From assembly GCA_012295275.1 (NCBI GenBank), contig CM022677.1, positions 15,004,001 through 15,068,000 on the forward strand: a DNA stretch of 64,000 nt, read 5' to 3'. The notes below the pieces were generated by a model that did not search any database, had not been told where the DNA came from, and worked only from the letters and a program-made list of their open reading frames with translations. This document shows positions 39,594 to 51,330 of this stretch, one piece after another (positions within the stretch are counted from its first letter, which is position 1; every line of letters begins with the position of its first letter). The translations under genes and the position numbers were made by a program. Source of the DNA: Chrysomallon squamiferum. Its lineage: Eukaryota > Animalia > Mollusca.

Positions 39594-41459
39594 ATGTATG
39601 TTGTGAAGACCCTTCTACTTTTAGCGTTCTGCAGATTATGCCTGGGCAACATTCACCCATTACCAGCCTTCGAGGTTCGAGATAAACACCGAATACATTT
39701 TCGATCAAACGCTTTGTCAAAGAAGGTAGTGTTTTTAACAGGCTACGAAATCATTAATTTTTGCTTCTGTCTGAAGAAAACAAGCTCGGTAAAAATCTCC
39801 AGTTTACGATACTCCAATGGCAACGATCCTGAAGTCATCACAACAGTTTTAAACCAAAAGAAAATGGGATCCCTTGTCACCATATCACCAGAAACAGCTG
39901 GAGATAACTAGAATGTTTTTCATTCCAGTACCGATATGAAAGGATCAGTAATTCTGGAAAGAGGTTGGTATATTTTAAAGCTCCAGGTTCACGGATCTGA
40001 TGGAGTGGAACTGAACACAGTCAGTCTAGATATTGATGACAGCAGTCTCGCGCAGGACATGCTGCAGTGTAAACTTCACTGTACGAGTGATCTGCCCCAT
40101 CTGAACTCTTCGTCTCGAATTAATGTCGACAAAAAAGCTAAACTTAGACAGAAAAGTTACCCATCTAAATGTGCGGAAGAGGACAACGTCAAAATACCAG
40201 TATACCTCGACAGCGTGAAACAGTACAAACTAATAGCTACTCTACCAGTGTATAAAGCTTTTGTAAACAGAAGAGAACCAAATAATACTGACTGTGTTGC
40301 TTTGTCTCCTCTCTACTGGAGTTTTACCCACCTCTGTTTGAATAAAACAAATAATCATTTATTTTCAAATTCGGCGACTATGAATGTGTATCCAGGACCT
40401 AGTACATCGAAAATAGCCGTATTTGAAATTTCATTCATGTTAAAGGGAAGATCAGAAGGTTACATAGATGCTGATATTGGGTCAGTTTTCAGTCTAAAAA
40501 TCAAACCAGTGACCTTATTTGTAAAAATACAGGTTTCATACAGAGACAGAAACAAAAATTTAATTGCGCTCAAAGAAACTGGTTTACAACCCGGGAAAAC
40601 TGACGTCGATTGGCAAATCCCAAACCTTTCTTGGATCGAACACAACGTAAATCTGATCAAAATTTCATTATCCGCACAGGATGTATTTTCCATTTGTATC
40701 GAAGAAATAAAATTGGAAAGAAAACCTATGAAACCTGAAAAATATTTTCCTATATACACCAGTAACGAGTTCACTGTTATAGGTGTTGATATAGACTTTT
40801 GGTGGAGAAATCCGGAAACCATGAAAGTATATGTAAAAAATACTGACAAGCTTTATAGAAAAGTAGACTATTTTAAAATAATTCTTCCAGTTCCTTGGTC
40901 AGAGGGTTACAGTGAGACACTTGTTATCTGTCAAGATGGAAACGTACGCCTGCTGCCCCTCCCTCCTGCAGGATTAGACTGGATTCCGTTTGGAACATCA
41001 GTTGTGGTTGGAACATGTGATGTTGACCTGATCAGACCTGCTGCTTCCATTGATCACGTGGATATCGACGTCGATAAACGAGAGCTGAAGATTCTTTACA
41101 GAAATGGAGAAAAAGCAAAGCTGACGTTGATTTCGAAGGTGGACAGAACGGAACTCGTTGTTTCTGATCTCATATTTAAACAGTCCAGTAAGGGATTTCC
41201 ATTTGCCACATTCCGATCAATGTACGTCGACGAGGGCAACACAGACAGCGACAGCATCATGGTGGACAGCTCCAGCGTGTTCAGTGTCATGGAGAACCTG
41301 AATGGTCGACATGGAAAAACGTTTACACTTTTCAGAAGATGCGAATCCAAACATCTGACTCTCAGTCCGGATATCCATCTGGAGTTATTGCGCACGCGCT
41401 ACTCAGTATTGTTGTCAGGTAATCAGTCAGTGTTAAATAACATGACAGTTCACATGTAA
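39594..41459 (+). pseudogene. Intronless ~620-codon secreted protein of unknown function (N-terminal CBM6/CBM35-like beta-sandwich suspected), interrupted by one in-frame TAG
   Basis: ORFs 39594-39911 and 39936-41459 share a frame; signal peptide MYVVKTLLLLAFCRLCLG; GDN*NVF fits TGG->TAG; AATAAA at 41545-41550. Confidence 0.8.
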
Positions 41460-41983
41460 AACCTGTTAGCGCTTATGTTTATAATTATATTAAGTTTCAG
41501 ATTTCCAGTTCACAATCTTATGTCTGAGACAATTTCTATTCTGAAATAAAACAAGTTTATTTTTGCATTCAGCTGTCTTAGATTAAGCTTACATTTGGCA
41601 TTAATTTGTACTAGATATAACATTTTAGAAAAAGAGATTGCGTTGGGCATCAGCTAAAGTGAACATAACAAAAAATAGAAATGATAATAATAATGTTTCC
41701 TTACTGAGTAATGTTTTACTTTCTCAATGGTAACAAGTCTCCTAGCACATTCATAATTTGTTCACCGTTGCCAACAAGCTTCAAACATGGATGTTTTGGG
41801 ATATTTATTCAGAATATCTAAACAAATGAAAACAATTATTAAAATTTGAATGTTTCCCCAAAACAAAGATTCTTGTGTTTATAATACTGTTTAATAACAC
41901 TAATTACCATAGTCAAGTCTGAATTGATCATTATCAGAATTGCTAAAGCAAGTTCATTTACATTCATGAACAGCTTTTTGTAT

Positions 41984-42700
41984 GGTATCAGGTCAATTGC
42001 CCCCTGGACACTGCCCCTAAGGACAACTGCCCCCATTTTTCTTCAAATATACCTTTCAAAGTTATTTTTAAGCAACATTCCAATAAATTCGTCAAAGCTA
42101 CCTAGAGTCAGCTAATTACTAATTGAACTTGATCAGAGGCATTTGGATTACTTTGATCTGCTAAAACGTCTGCTGAAACATATTATCAAAAATCATCTAA
42201 CACCAAAGCTAACGAAAGTCAGCTAATTACTAATTCAGGCTAATTAAATGCTAAAGATTCCTTTGATGTGGCAACTGATCAATAATTAAGACGAATGAGA
42301 CAGTACATAAGGTCATAGCGTCAGAGTGTGGTCATCCAAAACTTGCGTTCGAAAACTATGTGTGTGTCCGACAGAAGAAACTCAGTGGTGCAGTGATTTC
42401 TTACGAGTGTGAAGGAAGAAGACAACAGGTTTGTAAAGGTAAACTGAACTGTGACTGGTTGCTTCTTTCATCTGGCGCCAAGTTCAACTCATTAGTCTAG
42501 CAGTTTGTTACAATACTGATGAAGATTTTGCTTTACTGATCCGTCAGCTGGAATTGCATTCGTTCCAGTGCATGAAAAGACGGCAGCTTTTGAAGCACTA
42601 TCAGAAGCTGATGACCATAACTCTGTATTACAAATACGTGAGGACAACTTCATCGGTTTAAAGATAGATTAAGATGACTGCCTCCTATTGGGAGCTTTCG
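41984..42700 (+). mobile_element. Highly deleted MULE relic
   Basis: Terminus-like ggtcaattgccccc/ggacaactgccccc repeats; YECEGRRQQVCKGKL, GCFFH, WRQVQL...YNTDEDFALLIRQL, AFVPV, EDNFIG. Confidence 0.7.
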
Positions 42701-42728
42701 TTAGCAGTGGCAACTGTATGGTCGGTCA

Positions 42729-45700
42729 TGTGACATTACCACATATGGCAATTGCAGCCTGGAATTTAAGGGGGGACATAGCAAAGATTGTACTTAGGTC
42801 TTGGACATTGCAGGACCTTAAACACTTCTAGAGAAGGTGGCGACGCTGGTGGTGTTTGTTTTGTGTTCTTTTTGTTTTTTTCGTCCTGGCTTCATGTTTT
42901 TTGTTCTCCAACTCTAGAATTTGTATTATGATTTGTTTTACGAATCTGTTTCTCCTCCTTGGAGATGCCACAGTTACCATATTGTAAATGTTAACATTGC
43001 TATATCTGAAATTACCTAATAATAAAGCCCTTTGTTTAGACAGTCATATATATTACGAATATATATTATACGTACAGCTAGCTTCCCCTCACCGCCCAGT
43101 TACACTCTCGCGTCAGAAGTGGGATTTTAAGTCAATTAGGACTGAACCCGGACATTTAGAAATTAAGTGAAAGACGGCCAATGGCTCACGTGACCAGGCA
43201 TAGACAAGATTTGATGTTGACGATTATGCGAGACGACATGGTTGACGTCACGAGATTCCCAACTGAAGAGGGTTACTAAATTGATCCAAATTGATCCAAG
43301 AACATTTACATTTATTTTCAGTATTCAGTAAAGTTCAGTATATGTATGTTATAACCATTAGTAAAAATTTCTTGAGTCTACCTGTAGTTGGGATTGTGTA
43401 AAATGTTATTTTGTATTCCAGTGAATAATAGTTTATAAGTTAATATGGAGCTTTTGGAGAAATAAATAACTAAAAGCATGTTCACATCAGACAGTTAAAC
43501 GATATGTCAAATTATCTTCTCTTTTATAGTCACTGGAGTCTAGTAAGATAAAATTTTACGCTTTTCATAAATCTTTAAGTCGATTTTTAAGTAAAGTGTT
43601 GCTGTAGTTTTGAGGTGGTTTTCAAAGGAAGATGTCGCAAAAGGATTAGACAGCTATGAACAGCTTAGACGAGATTTTCAAAACCTCGATTCCCAGTTTA
43701 GGGAGCAGGCCAAAGAGAATCAGATTCTTTCAGATTCGATTAGAAGTACGAGAGATAACGACTCTAAAGCATTCTAACTTTAATCCTCTGCTCATATTCA
43801 GCCACAAATAATGTTTGGTGACACAGGAGCGCCATATCGGGCAGTTTCAAGGTAAGCCGGGATCGGACTTTAACGTGGAGGACTGGATTCGCGATATCAA
43901 AGGTCAGCGTGAGTTAAAATGTCAAACTGATAACTGAGCCATACGTTTCCTAAAGGTGCACTTAGCAGGTCCTGCCAGGTTGGAAATAGATTATCACGAC
44001 GATACTTCCTGACCCGCAGATATTGATCATGTTTTTCGTATATGAAGAAGTCGAAAACAGGGTCAGATGAATCTCTGTTGATGTACAGCCATGAATTGCT
44101 AAGACTGTGTCAGCAGCTGGAACATGATGAATGTTAACATGGTCAGCGAGATCTGAATCTGAGAGATCCCTATTTGAGTCGGGAACTCAACCGACAGATG
44201 CTGGCTAATACAGCAGACTCCTTTTTTAATTGGGCCGTTGATTGGCATAAACGTTGTTCTTGGTATCCTGGGTAAAGAGGCTGCTGATAATCCTCTTTTG
44301 CCTTCGGAGATACCGGGGCTGATTTTTTACCATTAGGGAAACAGTTTACAAAAATCATTTGAAAATAACGTTCTGGAGATCTTTGTTTTATGTCCTTTTA
44401 TTAATGTTTCGGCAGCAAATGGTCACAGCATTTCACTTAAAGGCTGCAAATTTTAGGTAGAACCTTCCCACATATTTTTCTTTTTTTTTGTGGTAAACGA
44501 TTTAGAAGATTCTAGAGTTGGAAATGTCTCCAGCGATGATTTCATTTTTAAACAGTTGGATATTGGGATAACTTAACTTGTACGCAGGAAGGGAAAATGA
44601 ACTTTGATCATCTGTTTAGTAAAGGCGATCATGATCTGGGATACTGTAGCATCATTAAACATAAAATTACCACCTCAGATGATAACCCTGGATAGTCCCT
44701 TATCGCCGAGTTCCACCCAGTCAGTGGAAACAGTTAAAAGCTTATCTGCAAACCCTAAGTAGCTGTAGTCATTCTGCGCCCAAGTACTCACCTTATGTAT
44801 CAGCTTTGGTACTTGTTAGAAAGTCCGGTGGAAAGCTGAGAATATGTGGAGACTTCAGCCTCTTAAATGCAAAACCTGTCAAAGATGCGCATCCACTTCC
44901 CCGTGTAGATGAAGCACTTGAGACATTGAAAGGCGCCAAGTATTTCTCTTCCATCGATCTAGCATGTGGATTTCTTCAGTGAAGAGGAAGAGGAAGACAT
45001 TCCCAAGACTGCATTTCGCGCTGGTTCGTCTTATTATTATTTTTTTTAATACACCAGGATTTCCATGGGTTTGTTTAATCAGAGCAGCCTAATGGCTAAT
45101 GCAGGTTTGCCTGGGAGAAGACAGTCTTCAGTCTCTGATAGTATACCTAGAAGTCATTCTTGTATTTGGACACACCTTCGACGAAATGGAGTAAAGGCTA
45201 GAAATGGTATTTAGTAGGCTACACGTGTCATTTGCTTAAAAAGGAGGTTAAGTATCTTGGCCATGTTGTTTCAGAGACGGGTATTTCTCAACAAGTTTCA
45301 GCTGTCAAAGACTGGAAAATACCAACAAGAAAACTGAGATCATTTCTTGGATTTACCAGCTACTATCGAAGGTTCAATAAGAGTTTTACCAACGTAGACG
45401 AACCCCTGCATTCACTGATAGGTAGTGGCAAGAAAAAGAAAGGAAAACTTGTGAGAAAGGATCCTGTAACTCGCAAAGCTTTTCAGGAATGCTGGCATCA
45501 GTCTTGTGACGATGCTTTCAATGCATCAACAGTTTAGCTGACTACAATTCCAAGCTTAGGCTACTCAGATTTCCAGAAACCTTTCATTGGTGAGATTGAT
45601 GCAGGTTTTCAGGGTTTGGGAGCTGTTCTATCTCAAGAGCAAGATGGTCGAGTAGTGGTTATTTCTTCTGCCAGTCGAAGCTCAAACTTGATCTCTTGGT

Positions 45701-45850
45701 GAGGCAATGGGAGAAAATAAAGCAATTGTGTAACATTTGGTATCGTGTCATCCAACACGAGCGCAATATGCTATACCAATTAATTTTGCCTCAGGCATTA
45801 CGTGAAAAATCCATGCATTACACGATGAAGCTGGTCATCAAGGGTATGAG
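42729..45850 (+). mobile_element. Degenerate Ty3/Gypsy LTR retrotransposon, 3' truncated
   Basis: Putative 5' LTR tgtgac(42729)...gttaca(43104); PBS-like gtcagaagtgggat 43112-43125; gag (VEDWIRDIK, HLAGPARLEI), protease DTGA, RT (LVRKSGGKLRICGDF, PLPRVDE, YFSSIDL, KTAF, YLGH, FLGFTSYYRRF), RNase H (DAGFQGLGAVLSQ), integrase start (HDEAGHQG); many stops. Confidence 0.92.
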
Positions 45851-45851
45851 C

Positions 45852-46670
45852 GTAACCCTACCTCTAAGCCAATCCCTACCCCTAACCCTACTCCTACCGC
45901 AATCCCTACCCCTAAGCCTAACCCTAGCACAACTTCTAAACCTAATCCTTCCCAAGTTGGATTCGTACGTTAATGCTGCTCCTAATGGTGACTCTATAAT
46001 TATTTTGCACATTATCGTATCACTGATAACAAAAGTTAAATATTCCTGACCCTAACCCTAACCCTACCCCTAACCCAACCCCTAACTCAAACCCTAACCC
46101 TAAGCCCTAACCCTAACACTAACCCTAAACGTAACGCAAACAAAGGGACTGAACTTAATTCTGATGCTAACACCATCTCTAAGCCTCATCCTAACCCTAA
46201 AACTAATATTAACCATAACCCTAACCCTACCTAAGACTCTAATCCTAGACCTAACGAACTCGTTAAACTTAATTCTAATGCTAACACTAGTACTATCGCT
46301 GATGATAAAACAGTTTTGCAGATTATCATAAGACACATAATATACTTTAAATAATCCTCATCCTAACACTAACCATAACTCTAACCCTAGCCCTAACCCT
46401 AATTCTAGCCCGACTTCTATCCCTACGTCCATCCACCATAATGCTTTCTCTAAACGTTTCAACTTGGTTCTGGTACCTTCACAAGCTGTCTGACAGCCCG
46501 TGCTTCCGGGATCTAAATATAACCCTAACGAAGTCGTTACACTTAATTCTAAAGGCAACACTAGTACTAACCCTATTATAATAATCGTAATAAACTTTAA
46601 ATAACCCAAACCCGAACCCTAGCCCAACTTCTGAATCTAATCCTACCCAATTCCGCAACCTTAATTCTTA
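45852..46670. repeat. CCCTAA-rich degenerate telomere-like tract
   Basis: Numerous ccctaa/ctaacc variants. Confidence 0.75.
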
Positions 46671-47553
46671 AGCAAACGCTACTGTTACGACGGTAATGAC
46701 GACGACATTAATAAACAATAATAATATATTTTATTATAGAATGACAGAGAATACAAAAAGAAAAGGAATAATGAGGAGTTATGCAATAACGTTAGTAACA
46801 AGCCGTTACGACGTCAACGACGGCGACATCAATAGAAATTACAATAATATATTTTAATAGGTGAGGCGCCGACTCAGAAAGTATGAGGAATGATTAATAA
46901 AAAGCGCTAAAGAAAAATTGTAATTACTCCAAGAAAGCTAGGAACAAGGCCGTTATGATGGTGATATTAATAGAAATAGTAATAATACCTTTGAACACTA
47001 AAAAAGTATGAATAATAGTTAATAAAAAGCAAACGAATAAGGAGAAGTACACTGATGGTAATGACGGCGACATTAATAATCAGTATAATTAGACAGATAA
47101 GAGCATATTAACCTCACCATTTCCTAAAGCTACGAAGAAGCTGCTCTCCAGCGACAGAAATAGACCTAATGTTTGATAGACCGAGACTGAGAAGACGGGT
47201 GAAGCTATAATTATCATGCTGAATGTTTTCATATTCGATTATTTCTTTATCCATCTGAAGACACTGTTTGTAACAGTAAGTATGCTTTGCACGTGTATAC
47301 TAGTGTGAAATTTATAAATTTATTAAAATGTTTTAAAAAAGGATTTCCATTGAGCTATTGCAAGTTAGTTCTAGTTCAGAAATATGATATAACATTGAAA
47401 CTGGTACGACCTCCATTTCCATATTTCTTATGTTTTATGCATCTTCAGCATCACTTAATGAAGAATAAATAAAATAAAAACGAATTTAAATTGTCTCACA
47501 ATATTTTATTATCATTTAGGTGACTTTTAAAAAGTATTTTTTGTAATAATTGT

Positions 47554-47590
<37 letters not shown>

Positions 47591-48541
47591 CAGTCATAGT
47601 TTAGTTCCAGTAATATTAATAGCATCTTTAATAAAACTGCTTTATTTATTAATTTATTATTAATTTATTATTGTCATTATTGTAGTTTATCATATTTAAT
47701 ATTATTTATTTGATATTATTACTTTTGAATTTAAATTAATATTGCTTGATTTGCATGAGATGAAATTAGTAATAAATACAGTTTAATATAATGTTCTATA
47801 TAACTGATATTACAACACATTAGATTTATACTAATAAAGAAATTTATATAAATGTTTTTCTTTGTATGTGTCTGTATATTTGTGTGTCAATGAGTGTTTA
47901 TTCACAAACACAACTCACACACACATATATACAAATGCACACATGTATGTACATGCACAATAGTTATAATTTTTGAGTCTTCCATGAAATAAATATTTGT
48001 TATTCCATTTAAAATGTATTTTAACTAGTAAAATGTAATAGCTTTCATTCACTGATAATCCTTAACATTTCGTTGACTGGAAATTTGTATTTGCTTCTAT
48101 ATATATATAGTTCTATGTTTCCTTTTGATTAATATTTAAGAATAAATATAACTTTTCCATTAATTATTATTTATATATTGAGAATTGAATTACAATTGAA
48201 TAAATTCTTGGAACCAAATTTGTACATTTATTAGCTTCACGAAGTTTACTTCCAGTTTTATTTTGTAATTTGTCCTGTTTTGTTTTAATCAAAACCCCAA
48301 CATGTAGATACAAAAAAAATAAAAAAAATAAAATAAAATAAAATAAAATAAATAAAATAAAATAAAATAAAATTACATTTATTTGAATCAGAAATAAACA
48401 TGTTTTAGTATTAACAATTAACATTATTTATTTTTCATTTGTCTTAGTTTAGTTACCAGTAATATTATTATTATTATTATTTTAATTATTATTAGTTTGG
48501 TTATTGTTATCACTGGTTTATTTATTTATTTTATTTATTTA

Positions 48542-48619
<78 letters not shown>

Positions 48620-49099
48620 AAATTATGAGCAACTGACCATGGATAATAATTTTCATAACATAAGGGAAATAACTCTCTTTTGATAAGACTTTGTTTATAG
48701 TGTTAAAACATATGAAATAAAGAAAGAAAGCAAATACAATTTAAAATAAAAACACCCTGAAAACAAATTGATATCTTTTTTATTTTTACCAAGAATCAGT
48801 AACAATGAAGTAAAAAACCAAATTCAACAGCAAAATTGTAGCAAATATAAAAATTAATTAATTAAAAATGCCTATAAAAAACATAATACCGATAAGGTCA
48901 AATAACAAAATACTGTAAAAAGCTGTTACTTGTTTACTTATTTTTTCATGTGTTTTAAGTTATTACATTGGATAATTAATCACATTATTTAACAGGAGCT
49001 AGTATTAAAAATTAATCTAGACATCTGTTTTTTTTTTTTTAAAGTCTGCTAAATAAACTGATTTTATGCTTTATTTGCTGAGTTTATTTTCTATTTTGT

Positions 49100-49170
<71 letters not shown>

Positions 49171-49442
49171 GGTGGCACATAAATGCAGGCACATAAAGAA
49201 TTGACATAATTTTTATAAGAAAATGATACCAATATGTATAATTACAAATGACATTTTTTTTTTTTTTTTTTTTTTTTGGTATGTTGATGATGTAGACAAT
49301 CAGTCAGACAGACAGACAGGTTATTGTAGACATACACTGGTAAATAGATACATAGTTAATAGACTAGGCAAATGTAACAATAACACACACACATACACAC
49401 ACACACACACATACACACAGAAAGAGCGAGAGACTGACAGAC

Positions 49443-49634
49443 TGGGAGTAGTAGGTAAACCAAATGACATTTATATATAATTAATCAAACACTAATTGGG
49501 AGTAGAAGGTAAATCAAGTGACATTTATATATAATTAATCAAACACTAATTGGGAGTAGAAGGTAAATCAAGTGACATTTATATATAATTAATCAAACAC
49601 TAATTGGGAGTGACATTTATATATAATTAAAACA
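49443..49634. repeat. ~52-bp tandem repeat, about 3.5 copies, abutting gap
   Basis: gacatttatatataattaatcaaacactaattgggagtagaaggtaaatcaagt repeated. Confidence 0.85.
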
Positions 49635-49834
49635 NNNNNNNNNNNNNNNNNNNNNNNNNNNNNNNNNNNNNNNNNNNNNNNNNNNNNNNNNNNNNNNNNN
49701 NNNNNNNNNNNNNNNNNNNNNNNNNNNNNNNNNNNNNNNNNNNNNNNNNNNNNNNNNNNNNNNNNNNNNNNNNNNNNNNNNNNNNNNNNNNNNNNNNNNN
49801 NNNNNNNNNNNNNNNNNNNNNNNNNNNNNNNNNN
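49635..49834. other. Assembly gap (200 N)
   Basis: N run. Confidence 1.
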
Positions 49835-50104
49835 AAGGGATTTCCATTTGCCACATTCCGATCAATGTACGTCGACGCGGGCAATACAGACAGCGACAGC
49901 ATCTTGGTGGACAGCTCCAGCGTGTTCGGCGTCATGGAGAACCTGAATGGTGTACATGGAAAAACGTTTACACTTTTCAGAAGATGCGAATCCAAACATC
50001 TGACTCTCAGTCCGGATATCCATCTGGAGTTATTGCGCACGCGCTACTCAGTATTGTTGTCAGGTAATCAGTCAGTGTTAAATAACATGAGAGTTCACAT
50101 GTAA
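49835..50104 (+). CDS. 3' end of a second copy of the secreted-protein gene (5' part lost in gap)
   Basis: KGFPFATFRSMYVDAGNTDSD...RRCESKHLTLSPDIHLELL...VHM*, paralogous to 41190-41459. Confidence 0.8.
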   Translation, partial: KGFPFATFRSMYVDAGNTDSDSILVDSSSVFGVMENLNGVHGKTFTLFRRCESKHLTLSPDIHLELLRTRYSVLLSGNQSVLNNMRVHM

Positions 50105-50625
50105 AACCTGTTAGCGTTTATGTTTATAATTATATTAAGTTTCAGATTTCCAGTTCACAATCTTATGTGTGAAACAATTTCTATTCTGAAATAAAACAAG
50201 TTTATTTTTGCATTCAGCTTTCTTAGATTAAGCTTACATTTAGCATTAATTTGTACTAGATATAAGATTTTAGAAAAAGAGATTGCGTTTGGCATCAGCT
50301 AAAGTGAACGTAACAAAAAATAGAAATGATAATAATAATGTTTCCTTACTGAGTAATGTTTTACTTTCTCAATGGTAACAAGTCTCCTAGCACATTCATA
50401 ATTTGTTCACCATTGGCAACAAGCTTCAAACATGGATGTTTTGGGATATGCATTCAGAATATCTAAACAAATGAAAACAATTATTAAAATTTGAATGTTT
50501 CCCCAAAACAAAGATTCTTGTGTTTATAAAACTGTTTAATAACACTAATTACCATAGTCAAGTCATTGATCATTATCAGAATTGCTAAAGCAAGTTCATT
50601 TACATTCATGAACAGCTTTTTTTAT

Positions 50626-51300
50626 GGTATCAGGTCAATTGCCCCCTGGACACTGCCCCTAAGCACAATTGCCCCCATTTTTCTTCAAATATACCTTTCA
50701 AAGTTATTTTTAAGCAAAATTGCAATAAATTCGTCAAAGCTACCTAGAGTCAGCTAATTACTAATTGAACTTGATCAGAGGCATTTGGATTACTTTGATC
50801 TGCTAAAACGTCTGCTGAAACATTATTAAAAATCATCTAACACCAAAGCTAACGACAGTCAGATAATTACTAATTCAGGCTAATTAAATTTGATGTGGCA
50901 ACTGATCAATAATTAAGACGAATGAGACAGTACATAAGGTCACAGCGTCAAAGTATGGTCATCCAAAACTTGCGTTCGAAAACTATGAGTATGTCCGACA
51001 GAAGGAACTCAGTGGTGCAGTGATTTCTTACGAGTGTGAAGGAAGAAGGCAACAGGCTTGTAAAGCTGAACTGAACTGTGACTGGTTGCTTCTTTCATCT
51101 GGCGCCAAGTTCAACTCATTAGTCTAGCAGTTTGTTACAATACTGATGAAGATTTTGCATTCGTTCCAATGCATGAAGTGACGGCAGCTTTTGAAGCACT
51201 ATCAGAAGCTGATGACCATAACTCTGTATTACAAATACTGGAGTACTTTGAGGACAACTTCATCGGTTTAAAGCAAGTGCTACCAAGATAGATTAAGATG
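50626..51300 (+). mobile_element. MULE relic, second copy
   Basis: Retains QILEYFEDNFIG and GCFFH. Confidence 0.7.
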
Positions 51301-51330
51301 ACTGCCTCCTATTGAGAGCTTTCTTTAGCA

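Larger units (their letters stand above)
41190..49110. repeat. Segmental duplicate copy B, right part (= 49835-57695)
   Basis: Colinear, highly similar sequence with indels. Confidence 0.93.

Noticed and set aside
39909-39911. Selenocysteine or pyrrolysine recoding
   Set aside because: Codon is TAG not TGA; pyrrolysine is not known in animals; Trp fits the motif
39594-41459. Bacterial contaminant contig
   Set aside because: Contiguous with microsatellites and animal transposons, with TATA and polyadenylation signals
45852-46670. True telomere
   Set aside because: Degenerate, internal and duplicated within the segmental copy
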